A DNA stretch of 64,000 bases from a virus. Its lineage: Duplodnaviria; Caudoviricetes. The stretch is from IMG/VR virus record IMGVR_UViG_3300014208_000023, positions 32,001-96,000 of that record, one strand, 5' to 3'. Below the pieces are notes generated by a model, which was not told the DNA's origin, searched no databases, and worked only from the letters and a program-made list of their open reading frames with translations. Positions 10,348 through 20,792 of this stretch are shown here, one piece after another. Position 1 is the first letter of the stretch. Every line of letters starts with the position of its first letter. Made by a program: the position numbers and the translations under genes.

Positions 10348-10618
10348 TATCGATATGGCCCTTCAATACCTTGAGGGTGCGATTGTTATCGTCTTCCCAT
10401 GCCTTGATTGTTTTCTTATTGCTTTTTTCCCAAGCAATATAGATTCGCTCATTACTTTCTCTCCACGCATCAATGACTCTATTGGCGGCATTGTATCCAC
10501 CAATAGCAAAGCCAACGGTAAAGGAAAGTGCAGCAACACACGCGATTGCAATTATGATTAGCATTTGTCCCCGCTCCACCGTCTCTTTTTTAATTAGAAG
10601 ACGGAAACTAATCGTCAC
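10331..10618 (-). CDS. Single-TM hypothetical protein
   Basis: Hydrophobic N-terminal helix then WE repeats. Confidence 0.6.
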   Translation of the reverse strand: MTISFRLLIKKETVERGQMLIIIAIACVAALSFTVGFAIGGYNAANRVIDAWRESNERIYIAWEKSNKKTIKAWEDDNNRTLKVLKGHIDNEKSS

Positions 10619-11370
10619 TAGCTCTTTAGACTAGGACTGACGGAAATTGTTTGTCCCTTTGCATATCCGCGACTCATTGCGATATGGTCTCTCTGCGCCT
10701 TACTGGCCGCAGCCTTACCAATCTTCGCTTCAGGATTCTTATTGAGATAAGCCTCCTCCGCATTCTTTGCCTTATTGCTAACGAGAACCATTGCCCCGGA
10801 AGAACCAGCACGAAGAACGGCATTACGTTCGGCATTCATCTTGTCAACGAATCCACGGACACAACCAAGTGCCCAAGATTCCTTTTCAGGATTGACGCCG
10901 CGTTTGTTACGAAGTCTTCCTTCATCATCCACAAAGATGTTACCTGCCGGATGAGCGGCATCAACAAGCTCTTGAATGAGACCGACAAGATACTCGAACA
11001 TATAAAGAGCAACTTCAATGTCACTCTTACATCCGAAGACGCGGTAACGACTACCGCGTCCAGTAGAAGACTTGTGATACTTCAGACAGTAAAGTCCGTT
11101 AAGCTCGGCAATCTTCCATGCCAGCTCTGCCTTCCAAGGAGTAGAGCGTCCGGTGTCATAGATGATATGCTCACCTTCAACATCGATATCTTCGGCAGTA
11201 GCTTCTCCGCGAGAAACTAATTCTGCTTCCGAGATTTGAAACTCAGCCATGTACTTGGATGCAGCTTTCGCGGCAGCTTCGGCTTCATGGATAGAATGAG
11301 TCCCATTCGCAAGACGGCGCAGATTGAGAATGCGTGCCTTGATCTTTTCGAGATTGGTAGTCTCACTCAT
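10618..11370 (-). CDS. DUF2786-domain protein (start revised to MSETT)
   Basis: KIKARILNLRRLA...HEAEAAAKAASKYMAEFQISEAEL; FGCKSDIEVALYMFEYL; AAAGGA RBS. Confidence 0.85.
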   Translation of the reverse strand: MSETTNLEKIKARILNLRRLANGTHSIHEAEAAAKAASKYMAEFQISEAELVSRGEATAEDIDVEGEHIIYDTGRSTPWKAELAWKIAELNGLYCLKYHKSSTGRGSRYRVFGCKSDIEVALYMFEYLVGLIQELVDAAHPAGNIFVDDEGRLRNKRGVNPEKESWALGCVRGFVDKMNAERNAVLRAGSSGAMVLVSNKAKNAEEAYLNKNPEAKIGKAAASKAQRDHIAMSRGYAKGQTISVSPSLKS

Positions 11371-11479
11371 AGTGATATTCCTTTGCGTAGGAGGACGTTG
11401 GTTTTTACAATCTCCTCTGAACCAACAAAACAGGCTCGTCGTTCTCATGCCGAGGAATGAGAATCAACAATCTCCTTAT

Positions 11480-11635
11480 AGTTCTGAGGTTGAGAATCAG
11501 ACAGCAGTATGGATTGACGTGGGATGATATCGAGGAATGTGCGCGTGGTTAATTACTCCAATTGCAATCAGACCTACTATCTCCTCGTCGCCTTATGTAG
11601 CCATGGTCCGCTATCTGATTCTCAATCCCAGAACT
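11480..11635 (-). promoter_or_regulatory. Long intergenic RNA stem (RNase III-site-like)
   Basis: 26-bp imperfect inverted repeat 11480-11505 / 11610-11635 in an ORF-free gap upstream of the DUF2786 gene. Confidence 0.55.
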
Positions 11636-11873
11636 GGTTATTTCACTGACTCATATCAGGACATGTGCAGTCTTCTTGCTCACAATCCACACAATGGAAA
11701 GCTTCCTTGGGAACGCCTCGAAGACAGGCCTCAATCATTTTGGTTTGCAGGTATGAAGTATTGAATACTCTATACAAAGTAACCCAAAACAATACTACTA
11801 TCTTGCACCAAAAAGACTTGGCAGGAATCACTTTTACAGTGACAACTGGTTTTGCGTTATTTCTATACATAAC

Positions 11874-12173
11874 CTATTGTCCGAACGGTGGAGGGTCAGG
11901 AAGGTCTTTCCAAGGAGGAGTCCATCCGGGGTAACACTTACCATCCAGCTTCACCGTACCATCGTCACACTCATAAACATCGATGCGGCAATTACCACCG
12001 CTAACCGACCTAGTAATGTAACAGACCGACCCAGGAGTCTTTGAATGATCTTCAACTGGAGCCGGTCTTTGCGGCGGTTCGTTTGCAACCGGAACCGGAT
12101 AAGGATCCGGGTCTCCATCTGCCGCACAACCACACATAGAGATTGAAACAAGAATCACAATTGAACGTAACAT
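11874..12173 (-). CDS. Putative lipoprotein / secreted Pro- and Cys-rich protein
   Basis: Signal peptide with lipobox-like MCGC followed by AADGDPDPYP. Confidence 0.6.
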   Translation of the reverse strand: MLRSIVILVSISMCGCAADGDPDPYPVPVANEPPQRPAPVEDHSKTPGSVCYITRSVSGGNCRIDVYECDDGTVKLDGKCYPGWTPPWKDLPDPPPFGQ

Positions 12174-12632
12174 TATGACTCCTAGTTCCAGTTTTTGTCT
12201 ATCTCATTCAGAAGATCAGACTCGCTCCATCCAATAGACTTTAGGACAGAATCAAAACCATCGACGTACTCAGAGAGTAGATCAATATCTACTGTAAAGA
12301 TACATGTGATTACGTTTCCATTTTTGATGGAAAAAATATTGCTATCTGAGGAATTCCTAGATACTTTTCTAGTAAGAGGGCGCATCCTTTTTGCGATAGA
12401 AGTAAGTGTAATCATTGTGTGCATTTCCAAGTAGTCATAGCCATGCAGGTATTATGCCAGCGACGATTTAAGTATGCATTCCAATTCGACTTGCACCAGT
12501 TAGTCGTATAAGCCCAGCTTTTGTAACGACGAATATCGTTCTCGCATCTACGAAAGAAAGAGACGCAACTACAGGAGTAGCAATTGGACATGCTATTGGG
12601 GCACTGATTACTTCTGGGTCCGACAATTGCGT

Positions 12633-12884
12633 TCATTCGCGTACTCCTAGTATTAGGAGCCTTGTCTCATCTTTCAACTTTCATCTTGCGAATTTACGCA
12701 CGGTTATTTTGAACGAAGACAGCGGCTCGGACATGCAGCACTCGCACCCGTAGATGCTCCTCTTTCCTCTGCGCCTCCCGTATAGGAAGGGGCATTTGCT
12801 TTTCTGGAATCTTCTAAACTCGTCTTTGCACAATCATTCACCCACCGCGCTCTCATAAGACTTCCGACGCTTCTTCTTAGCCAT
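12633..12884 (-). pseudogene. Basic Cys-containing ORF with two in-frame TGA codons (pseudogene or recoded)
   Basis: GAGG RBS + ATG at 12884; 84 codons ending in an ATGA overlap with the next gene; internal TGA at codons 17 and 68. Confidence 0.5.
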
Positions 12885-13570
12885 TGTTATTGCCTCTAAC
12901 TCGTCTTGGTATTCAGAGAACTTCATTCTCTTTTACCCATCGGGTTGTCTTTGGTTGATTGCAAGCCAGTTACCAAGCCATTCTCCGTCATAAAGCACGG
13001 AAGCTCGCATGCATCGCAATAACAGTCCTCGTCAGAGTAACAAGTTTTTGCGCGAAGGTTGCAAGCGCACTGACAGTAAGGGCACTTGTCTTGCCCAATA
13101 CAATCAGTACATGGAGGGTCAAGTTCATTTGAGGGTGACACATTTGATTGTGTGAGCCCATATCCATCAGGTGATGCATCACAATAGATGCAGCCGCCGC
13201 ATCCAGCATACGCGGGACATGACATGTAGTCTCCTACTTGGAAAGGTAGAGCAACGCAACCACAACCACAACCACGGTAATGAAAGCTACCATGTCACGT
13301 CACCGGGCCGTAGATGGTATCAAGATGACTCAACCTTTTGGCAACCATCCTGCGCGTCCAACGTCCGCTGAAACGCTCCAGCCGATCCTCGATCGGCTGG
13401 AAGACATTCTGATAGACAACCGTTGCCAGCCTGGACAGCACCGAGTTATTGAGAAACGGATTCAGATCCACGGGCGTATCGTTGTAGTTCATTGACTTTC
13501 CTTTTAGGGTTAGAAACTTCCCGCCACCCCCAAGCTTACACTTGGGAGTGGAACGGAAGGGCCTTACTCC

Positions 13571-14110
13571 TTACTTCGCGTTGGCGTTTGCAGCGGGCTT
13601 GGCAGCCTCGGCAGCCTTCGCCGCCTCGACAAGCTTCGCAGCAGCCGCAAGCTCGGCAGCCGCATCTGCCTCACGCTTCGCATCTGCCGTTGCCTTCTCC
13701 TTCGTGAGCTTCTCCACAAGCTCAGCAGAGAGGCGCTTCTTGTAGTGGTAGCCGGCGTTGCGACCGCGCTCGATGTGGATAAACTCGCCCGGCTTGGAAT
13801 CGAGGAACGCACGGACGCGAACCTCGTACTCCGAACAAAGCTTCTCCGTGGGAACTTCCCCAAGGATACCGATCGCCATCTTCGCGACGATGCCAGGAGA
13901 CATGTTGCTCATCTTGGCGTACTTCTCGTCCGTCATGATCTTGGTCGTGGTGGTGACGACGGCACTCGTGATGCCCTTGTCCTCCTCCGCGTACTTGGTA
14001 GCAACCTCGCGAGCGTTCTTGACGCACGCCTCGATATCCACACCCGTGCCATTGCGGGCAACGGGAACCTCGAACGACGGGACCTTGGATTCGGTAGCGA
14101 TCTTAGCCAT
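13571..14110 (-). CDS. Hypothetical protein with Ala/Lys-rich tail
   Basis: Biased codon usage, own promoter, downstream hairpin 13512-13551. Confidence 0.8.
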   Translation of the reverse strand: MAKIATESKVPSFEVPVARNGTGVDIEACVKNAREVATKYAEEDKGITSAVVTTTTKIMTDEKYAKMSNMSPGIVAKMAIGILGEVPTEKLCSEYEVRVRAFLDSKPGEFIHIERGRNAGYHYKKRLSAELVEKLTKEKATADAKREADAAAELAAAAKLVEAAKAAEAAKPAANANAK

Positions 14111-14200
14111 GATGATAGTCTCTTTTCTTTTGAATGTTGAGTGTTTGTTTAAGAGCAGGAGCGACCCTCAACCCGTCGCGGTGCTCTGTGCTTGAAGTGT

Positions 14201-14229
14201 AAGATAGTTACTGCGACCGGCCTTGTCAA
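14201..14229 (-). promoter_or_regulatory. Sigma70-type promoter
   Basis: TTGACA-17 nt-TATCTT on minus strand. Confidence 0.75.
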
Positions 14230-14253
14230 GTACCGGCTTGTCGTTTTACGTTC

Positions 14254-15149
14254 TCATCCACGTGAGAACTTGGCGACGAAGTTCTTGGCCGTGCATCGAT
14301 GACCCAACCCCGCGGAAGTCTTTGCGGTTTTCTTGGTTGCCGTCTTACCACCGGGCCCGTGCCCGAGGATGCGACGCATTGCATCAACGCGGTGGATACG
14401 GGTAGTGACCCCATCTGCCATAGCGTCGATATAGACCGAGCTCTCATTCTGAAAGAGCTTGCGGTCGGCAATCTTCATTACCTCCGTATAGAGGTCTGCG
14501 TCATACACGGCAGTGCAGACTTCGCTCTCTCCGTCCTTCTCGAAAAGGAACATCTGGTACCTCTTCGGAAGGCCACGCTTCTTCGGCTCCGTAACCTTCT
14601 CGATCACCTTCGTGATCTCGCCGGTCTCCCTATTGATCTTCTCCGTAACCTTCTGAGGTTTCTCGGTGAGAGGATCCTTTTCCAGAGCCATCAGCGTAAC
14701 GATCTGCTGGAGAGCGCCGGTAGGGAAGATTGTCTTCTCTTCCAACATAGCGAGAACCGGCATGACAGTCGGAAAGGTGCAGAGAAAGTTTCGATGCTCA
14801 GCGAGAAACGTTGCAGCATCCACATGTCCAACTGCACGCTTCATAAAAGTATCGATCTTCATTATTGATTCCTTTTCGGTATCATTGAGAACCCTACTTT
14901 ATCAGCAAGGCTCGTAGCCAGGTTTAGAACGCGCCCAGCCGGAAACTTATTGTTGGCGGGCAAAAGCACTTTCATGTAATAGTATCCGCCGTTACGACTA
15001 ACGGTACCAACTACTAACCAAGCATCCGTTGCGGTATGCGTCTTAATGATTGTAACACGCATATCGCGAAAGTCATCCGTAATAGAAACATCGTGAGAGT
15101 GGAACTTATTGTCAATCCCTTTCGTCACGAACTTAACTGACGGTCTCAT
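14254..15149 (-). other. Hypothetical CDS (14254-14862, 14862-15149)
   Basis: Long clean ORFs, 1-nt overlap. Confidence 0.75.
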
Positions 15150-15169
15150 TCAGAATCCTTTCTTTAATA

Positions 15170-15203
15170 CCGGCCACTAACTTACATATAAACTAGTGGC
15201 CGG
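15170..15203 (-). terminator. Hairpin (probable terminator)
   Basis: CCGGCCACTA-14 nt-TAGTGGCCGG downstream of the histone-like gene. Confidence 0.5.
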
Positions 15204-15225
15204 GGTTTAAAGAAGTGAGCCTTAC

Positions 15226-15375
15226 TTACTTCTTCGTGGCGGCCTTCTTCGTGGTGGTCTTCTTGGCATTCGCTCGACGAGTCGCCCATGCCTTGTTCGC
15301 AGCGACGGTACCGGGGCTGACCTTCGGCGTGGACTTGCGGGCGGTCTTCTTCGTGGACTTGGTATTGGTAGCCAT
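15226..15375 (-). CDS. Histone H1-like small basic protein (49 aa, not in ORF track)
   Basis: MATNTKSTKKTARKSTPKVSPGTVAANKAWATRRANAKKTTTKKAATKK*, purine-rich RBS, second TAA follows. Confidence 0.75.
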   Translation of the reverse strand: MATNTKSTKKTARKSTPKVSPGTVAANKAWATRRANAKKTTTKKAATKK

Positions 15376-15386
15376 ATTCTTCTTTC

Positions 15387-16070
15387 TTACGTTGTCGGTT
15401 TGTTAATGCAAACAATGTTTCCATTGCTCACACGCATTACTACAAGTCCCATCGGGCTACCGTCACATACGGCAGTATTGGATTGGTACCTGTAAAGGTT
15501 ACTCTTCCTAAAAGGAAGATGCTGGTTGGTTTCACACCTCGCTTTCTTATTCGTACGATACACGTTATCGTTCAGATAGTCAAGCCTTTTTGTATCGCAA
15601 GGTCCGTTCTTGCATTCACTACACAACACGCCGTTACATGCAAGATCATCCTTGTATCCAACTGCGAACGTAAGCATCACAATCCCATCCCAATGGGCCT
15701 TGTGTAGCAAGCGAAGACATTCATTCAGAACTTCTACGCTAGTAGGCAGAATGTTGCAGAGATCAATATTGACAGACGAGAGCGTTGCCGGAACACGATC
15801 CAGCAATGTATCTCTCACTCGTTGCTGAATACTACAGTAAACCGCATCGACTCCTCGCGCATATGCTAGGATCACGGCATTGTGATTAAGGTCACAAGCC
15901 AGAATCCTTTCGTTCCTAACTCCTCTGCCTTGAAGCTCGTCAATATCACCTCCATGTTCGGAAGCGATAATGATGTGGTTCTTACTGAAAAGATCCTTTT
16001 CGGGAATCTGATCGTATGCCCAGGACCTAGCAACCACCTTTGCGGGTGAGTCGCCGCGATACTTACTCAT
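15387..16070 (-). CDS. SAM-methyltransferase-fold-like protein
   Basis: ASEHGGD glycine loop, ILACDLN acidic strand, VNIDLC, VMLTF..G; paralog of 30399-31037. Confidence 0.5.
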   Translation of the reverse strand: MSKYRGDSPAKVVARSWAYDQIPEKDLFSKNHIIIASEHGGDIDELQGRGVRNERILACDLNHNAVILAYARGVDAVYCSIQQRVRDTLLDRVPATLSSVNIDLCNILPTSVEVLNECLRLLHKAHWDGIVMLTFAVGYKDDLACNGVLCSECKNGPCDTKRLDYLNDNVYRTNKKARCETNQHLPFRKSNLYRYQSNTAVCDGSPMGLVVMRVSNGNIVCINKPTT

Positions 16071-16075
16071 TGATA

Positions 16076-16913
16076 CTAGCTCTGAGTTTTGCTAGTGTCA
16101 AGCTTGAACTTCTCGATCTGCTTGGTCGAGAAATTCTGACTGAGACCGGACTCCTTACACCACTTCAGGTAATTGACTACCAACGTGGTGTTGTCCTTAC
16201 TGAATCCGCACTTAACCCAATTGCTACTGCCGCATCCACGCGGCCACCGAAAGTTCTCCTCTACCAGAGAAAGTTTGGTCTTGATACCAGGAGCCTTCGC
16301 GACCGTAGGAGCCGAGCGAGTAGGCAGAAGGTGAGGAAACTGCTCGGTAGCAATCTTTGCCGGCTTCTTCTCGAATGAGATCGTTGAAGCGAGATCCCTC
16401 AGAATCACCGGCTTGAACGCCGCCGGGACTTCAGCGAAGAGATCGTGAAGCTCATTGAGTGTGTCACGCAGAGTCTTGGACATACGAATACTCCTTTACG
16501 GTCGTAGTTGGAACGGATAGAGCGGGGATATTACCAATCCAGCTACCAGACCGATAACGATACAGATTGATAGAAACCACACCCACCATTCAATTTCTTT
16601 TTGCATCACCCTTACTCTTGGGCTTGCGTTCGTAGTAACCATTCTTGGCATGAATGAACTGGCCGATCCAGTCATCATACTCAGACTTAGCTTCTAGCAG
16701 CATCTTGTTATAGGTGCCGTACTGAGTGAGAGCCGCATACTCAATCACGCTTGCCATCGTGCTAGGACCGGCAAACGCAATTCTCGCGGCAATCAATTCA
16801 GCTTCGCTTGCCGAATGAGCATCCACAATAACAACCTTGTAGGTGGTTACTACGATTTCCTTGCCGGCCTTGCTAGCTGATTCTAGCCTCACGAACCAAG
16901 TAGCTACGCTCAC
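16076..16913 (-). other. Hypothetical CDS (16076-16483, ~16496-16608, 16590-16913)
   Basis: Contiguous ORFs with GGAG RBS. Confidence 0.65.
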
Positions 16914-17635
16914 GAATGACTACTCCAGTCGTGCCCGCCATCACGAGAGTGATTGATAATCCCTCCGTGATAGAAAGCCTTTCCGTTCGGGTAGCAGGCT
17001 TGCCAGTCAAACTCATTCTCGTTTCTCATGTAGAGACGAAGAGTCGCGGTCTGATGGAAGCCGTTGGTTGCGTTGCGAACCATTGCCATGCGTCCCTCTG
17101 CGCAGTGACGGAAAGTATCTCCACCATTCTTGAGGAGATTATTCCAGTGCGCTTCCGCTTCCTCGGCCTTGTACTCTCCGAAGTCGAGACGAACATTGCC
17201 AAGCCCCTGACCGTAGAGACGGCATGAACGCTTGCGGTGTTCGGCAGAGACTTCAATAACAGTTTTGCCTTCATAGCTAAGACCATTATTGTGGCGAAGC
17301 CACCAAATCTTAGTGGCGAGCCTAAGAACGGCCTTCATAAAGGTTCCGGGCATCCAAGCCTTGTAGTACGGAATCTCCGCAATACCGGCCTTTGTGTTCG
17401 GCATACCATCCATGTTGTAGAACGTCCACTGGTCCCCATACACGGTAACTTTGTGGTAGCCATCTTCGGCAGAATGCGCTTTGCCGTGGATGAGATCCGC
17501 GAAGACTTTCTTGGTCATCATAAACCATACCCATCGAAGTCCAGGGGCATCCTTCTCTCGGTCGCCGTGAATGGCGATCAAGTCACTGGTACCATCGTTC
17601 CACACTTCGATACGCAGCTTGGTAAAGTTTTCCAT
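16910..17635 (-). CDS. Hypothetical protein, C-terminal YHGGIINH...WSSHS motif (DUF4120-like)
   Basis: Terminal GG-I-I-x-H...WS-x-H motif recalled from DUF4120-like proteins. Confidence 0.45.
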   Translation of the reverse strand: MENFTKLRIEVWNDGTSDLIAIHGDREKDAPGLRWVWFMMTKKVFADLIHGKAHSAEDGYHKVTVYGDQWTFYNMDGMPNTKAGIAEIPYYKAWMPGTFMKAVLRLATKIWWLRHNNGLSYEGKTVIEVSAEHRKRSCRLYGQGLGNVRLDFGEYKAEEAEAHWNNLLKNGGDTFRHCAEGRMAMVRNATNGFHQTATLRLYMRNENEFDWQACYPNGKAFYHGGIINHSRDGGHDWSSHS

Positions 17636-18020
17636 GAACCTTCTCCCTTGTAATTCGTTTAGTGGACGGCCATGCTTTGTAGCATGAGCCTACGACACCT
17701 TGCAAGCTTGTGCATAGTAGAATAACGAAGGGCGAGACCGAGATAGACTTGTTTGACTTGCGGGGTCTCAGCAAGAATCGCTAGTGATTCTGCGATACCC
17801 ATCTTCACGAGCAATTCTGTTTCCAGCATTCAATCCTCGTGAATGGTTACGGTCATAACCTGGAGAGTTTTATTATCCTGAAACTTACGCTCCAGAATGT
17901 CCTTCAGGATGCCAGCAATCGGAATTGATTCCAGAGCCTCATTGAGAGCCTCCATCTCACAATCCTCGACTACGGTACCGGGACAATGAATATTGACCGT
18001 GTATGTTTTGAATAGAGACA

Positions 18021-18170
18021 TTACTTGCCTTTGCGCTTGGACTTGTACTTGTCCGTCTTTGGCTTTTTATTTGCGTTCTCTCCGCCGTGTGGAGGACAGA
18101 AAGGACACTTCTTAGTGGCCTTAGTAATCTTCTTCCACCTACGTCGCTTGCTCTTTGGCGTAGCCCCCAT
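18021..18170 (-). CDS. Small basic CxxC protein (49 aa, not in ORF track)
   Basis: MGATPKSKRRRWKKITKATKKCPFCPPHGGENANKKPKTDKYKSKRKGK*, abuts neighbours. Confidence 0.65.
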   Translation of the reverse strand: MGATPKSKRRRWKKITKATKKCPFCPPHGGENANKKPKTDKYKSKRKGK

Positions 18171-20768
18171 TGTCACTCCACCTTTACGAATGCAATTGCT
18201 CGACGATGCTCATCGATGGTTTCATTGCACTCATTGAGAAACTGTAGAAAGTTTCTTGCGGCCCCAAGCTTTTCGTTTGCTCCTACATGATCGCCAAGTG
18301 CCATTCGATAGACAGCTTCCAATTGAGCCTGGGTAGCTCGTAACTTGTAAAGCTCAAACTGCCGCTCCGCGAATGCTAGCCGATGCGCATGTTCTTGCTT
18401 ATCCATAGGAATCCTTTATCGGTAGGGAGAAGAGAGTTGCCCTCTAACACGAGAGGCATGATGCTCCATTATCCAGTATCGAGCATTAGCTTGGCGCCTT
18501 TTACGAGCACGCCACTTATCTCTAATAACTAGATGTAGCAGATTGAGCCAAGTACCAGCCAGCATTACTGACCAAACAACATACTCGTTCATCATTTACC
18601 CGTCAGAATGAATGGGCGAGACCACGGGCAGTTTTCGCACGGCCTTTTGTGCGTATGCTTCGGATGCTTACAGGCTTCTTGCCAGCGAGCCCAGGCATCA
18701 GCAGCCTCTTCTTCTTTGGACCTTTTCATTTACGTCTCCGAAGATTTTCCCGTATTACAGATCCGCCATATACAGAATAGAAAGTGTCCAGTCCTTTCGG
18801 GTCAATGGCGTATGGCTGGTAAAGATGACAGATATAACACTGCGCCTTGTATCGTTTGATGTATTGCTTCATACACCCTCCCATAGACACAAGAGCAATC
18901 TTGTAGCTATGGGAAGAGGCCAGGCTTAGGGCCTGGCGTTCCTCGGTAACTATTGGTATTAGCGGTTCAAAGGATTAGTTCACTTCATATCAGTTGTGTT
19001 CTTTACGAAGACAGTCAATCCCAGTGACAGATCCAATGTGTGGCATACTAGCCGTTCGGGACAGGATGCGGACAATATAATCCGCTGGTATCCAGACTAG
19101 TTTAGCCATTACCTTAGCGCAAGGGCAGGTACCCGTTTTCATCTATTGGTTGTTATAATTAGATTCGGCTCAAGTATGGCCGTTACTGACCTAGACCTAT
19201 CGATCTAGGTACGTCTTTAGCCGGTCACGTCCGTACGACGTGACGGATATGTTCTACCGGACTCCTGACAGCGCCTAGTGATCGGTGCGTCGTCTTCAAG
19301 AAGATGAGACTGAATCTTATCCCTCAGAGCCGCAACACGCTGATACTTGGAAACGAATGTTGAGGAGCTTGACCGAAGATGCACGGCCTTGTCATGCAGA
19401 GCATCCTGAATCATAGCCAACTCTTCTCGCGAGAACTTCATTCGATTGCGCTCCTACCGGAGAGTTAGTCCGACTTGATACGTGTTACCGTGATGCCAGA
19501 CCTTTACAGTCAGACGATCACTTGAGTATGGAATTAGAGCTTCATACGCGCTCCATGCCTTGACAGCCTCCTTATCGGTGCCGGACTTGGCTAGAACCAG
19601 AAGCGTGTATGCAGAAATTCTCATCCATCCATTCCCATAGCAATCAGGATCTTGCTTTTGTTCCTACGCAGCTTTGCATTCCTGCGCTTCACTACTCGCC
19701 GGGAATTGAAGCCCGGCCCAGCAATTACCTTATCTGCGAGAATGTGATCCTTACGAAGCTTTCTCATTCAGAGACCTTTCGGTAGGTGTGACTTGCTACG
19801 ATAGAAACCGGAAGCCTTACCTCGCTTGATATAGGGCACCTTATTCGCGGCAATCTCCTCGTCAAGATGAGTCTTGACTAGAGCAATGTTACAGTCCAGC
19901 AGACTGAAGTTGCCGTACAGTGAATCCAATCGCGCGGCAATAAAGCCTGCCATTGCCTGCTTGGCAATTTGAATGCACGTAGGATACTTGTCCCAAACCC
20001 AATCATAGGCGGCCATGATCTGCTCGCGGGTAGGAGAGAGCATCTCCACCGACGTAACGTTTGAATCCCAAGTTTCAACGACCGCCTCTGAATCTCCACT
20101 AAGGAAACCATTCGCCGCGATGTGGTTGATTGCATGTTGGTGCAATCGATTGGTTGCATCCTGTTCATCTTCGGGAACGTTGTCGAGAACCACCCTAATC
20201 GTGATAGTCGAATACAGGCGCATCTAGTTCTTTCTCAGTTGGGCAACGATTGAGGTTACGGCAACCTTGATTGCTTCCGTAACCATCAGTTGATTCACGT
20301 CCTTCACAAAGGGAGGTTCGAGCTTAGCGAATGCCTCATTAGCAGCTCGCATGCCTTCCGCGCTGATCTTGCTAAGGTCCCAGATATTGATCTGAGCGCC
20401 TTGAATGCACGTCTTGACAATCGCCTCCACCTTAGCTTCGAGAGCCTTCTCTTCTTTCGTTCTTCGCGGCTTACCCATGTGGTTGTTCCTATGAAGTGAC
20501 GGAGACCTAAACCGCCGTGCATCAGTCCGATTAGGAGTATGACGGCGAATTGCACACTTATGAATATCCAGTTAGCCATTAGACTTTTCTTCCAACCAAG
20601 AGACAGACTGATTAGCGGCCCTTTGTTCGACACGGATAACTAGTAAGGAAATACTAGATTAGCCTTGGCGGCCGAGTATGTATGACGCCCTAAAGCTAGC
20701 CACACATACCCATTGACACCGTGCCTACTTTCTTTGCCTATTCGCGCATAATCAGTCTGACTCTTGGT

Positions 20769-20792
20769 TAGAAGGCGGAGCCGAAGCTCCGC
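20769..20792 (-). terminator. cUUCGg hairpin with CTTCTA tail
   Basis: Minus strand GCGGAG-CTTCGG-CTCCGC-CTTCTA directly after the stop of 20800-21096. Confidence 0.65.

Larger units (their letters stand above)
11643..13492 (-). other. Small, often Cys-rich hypothetical CDS (11643-11870, 12182-12430, 12412-12636, 12923-13225, 13295-13492)
   Basis: Contiguous minus-strand ORFs with CxxC-rich content. Confidence 0.6.

Noticed and set aside
20713-20745. Plus-strand TTGACA as a promoter
   Set aside because: No acceptable -10 at 16-18 nt and no plus-strand gene downstream
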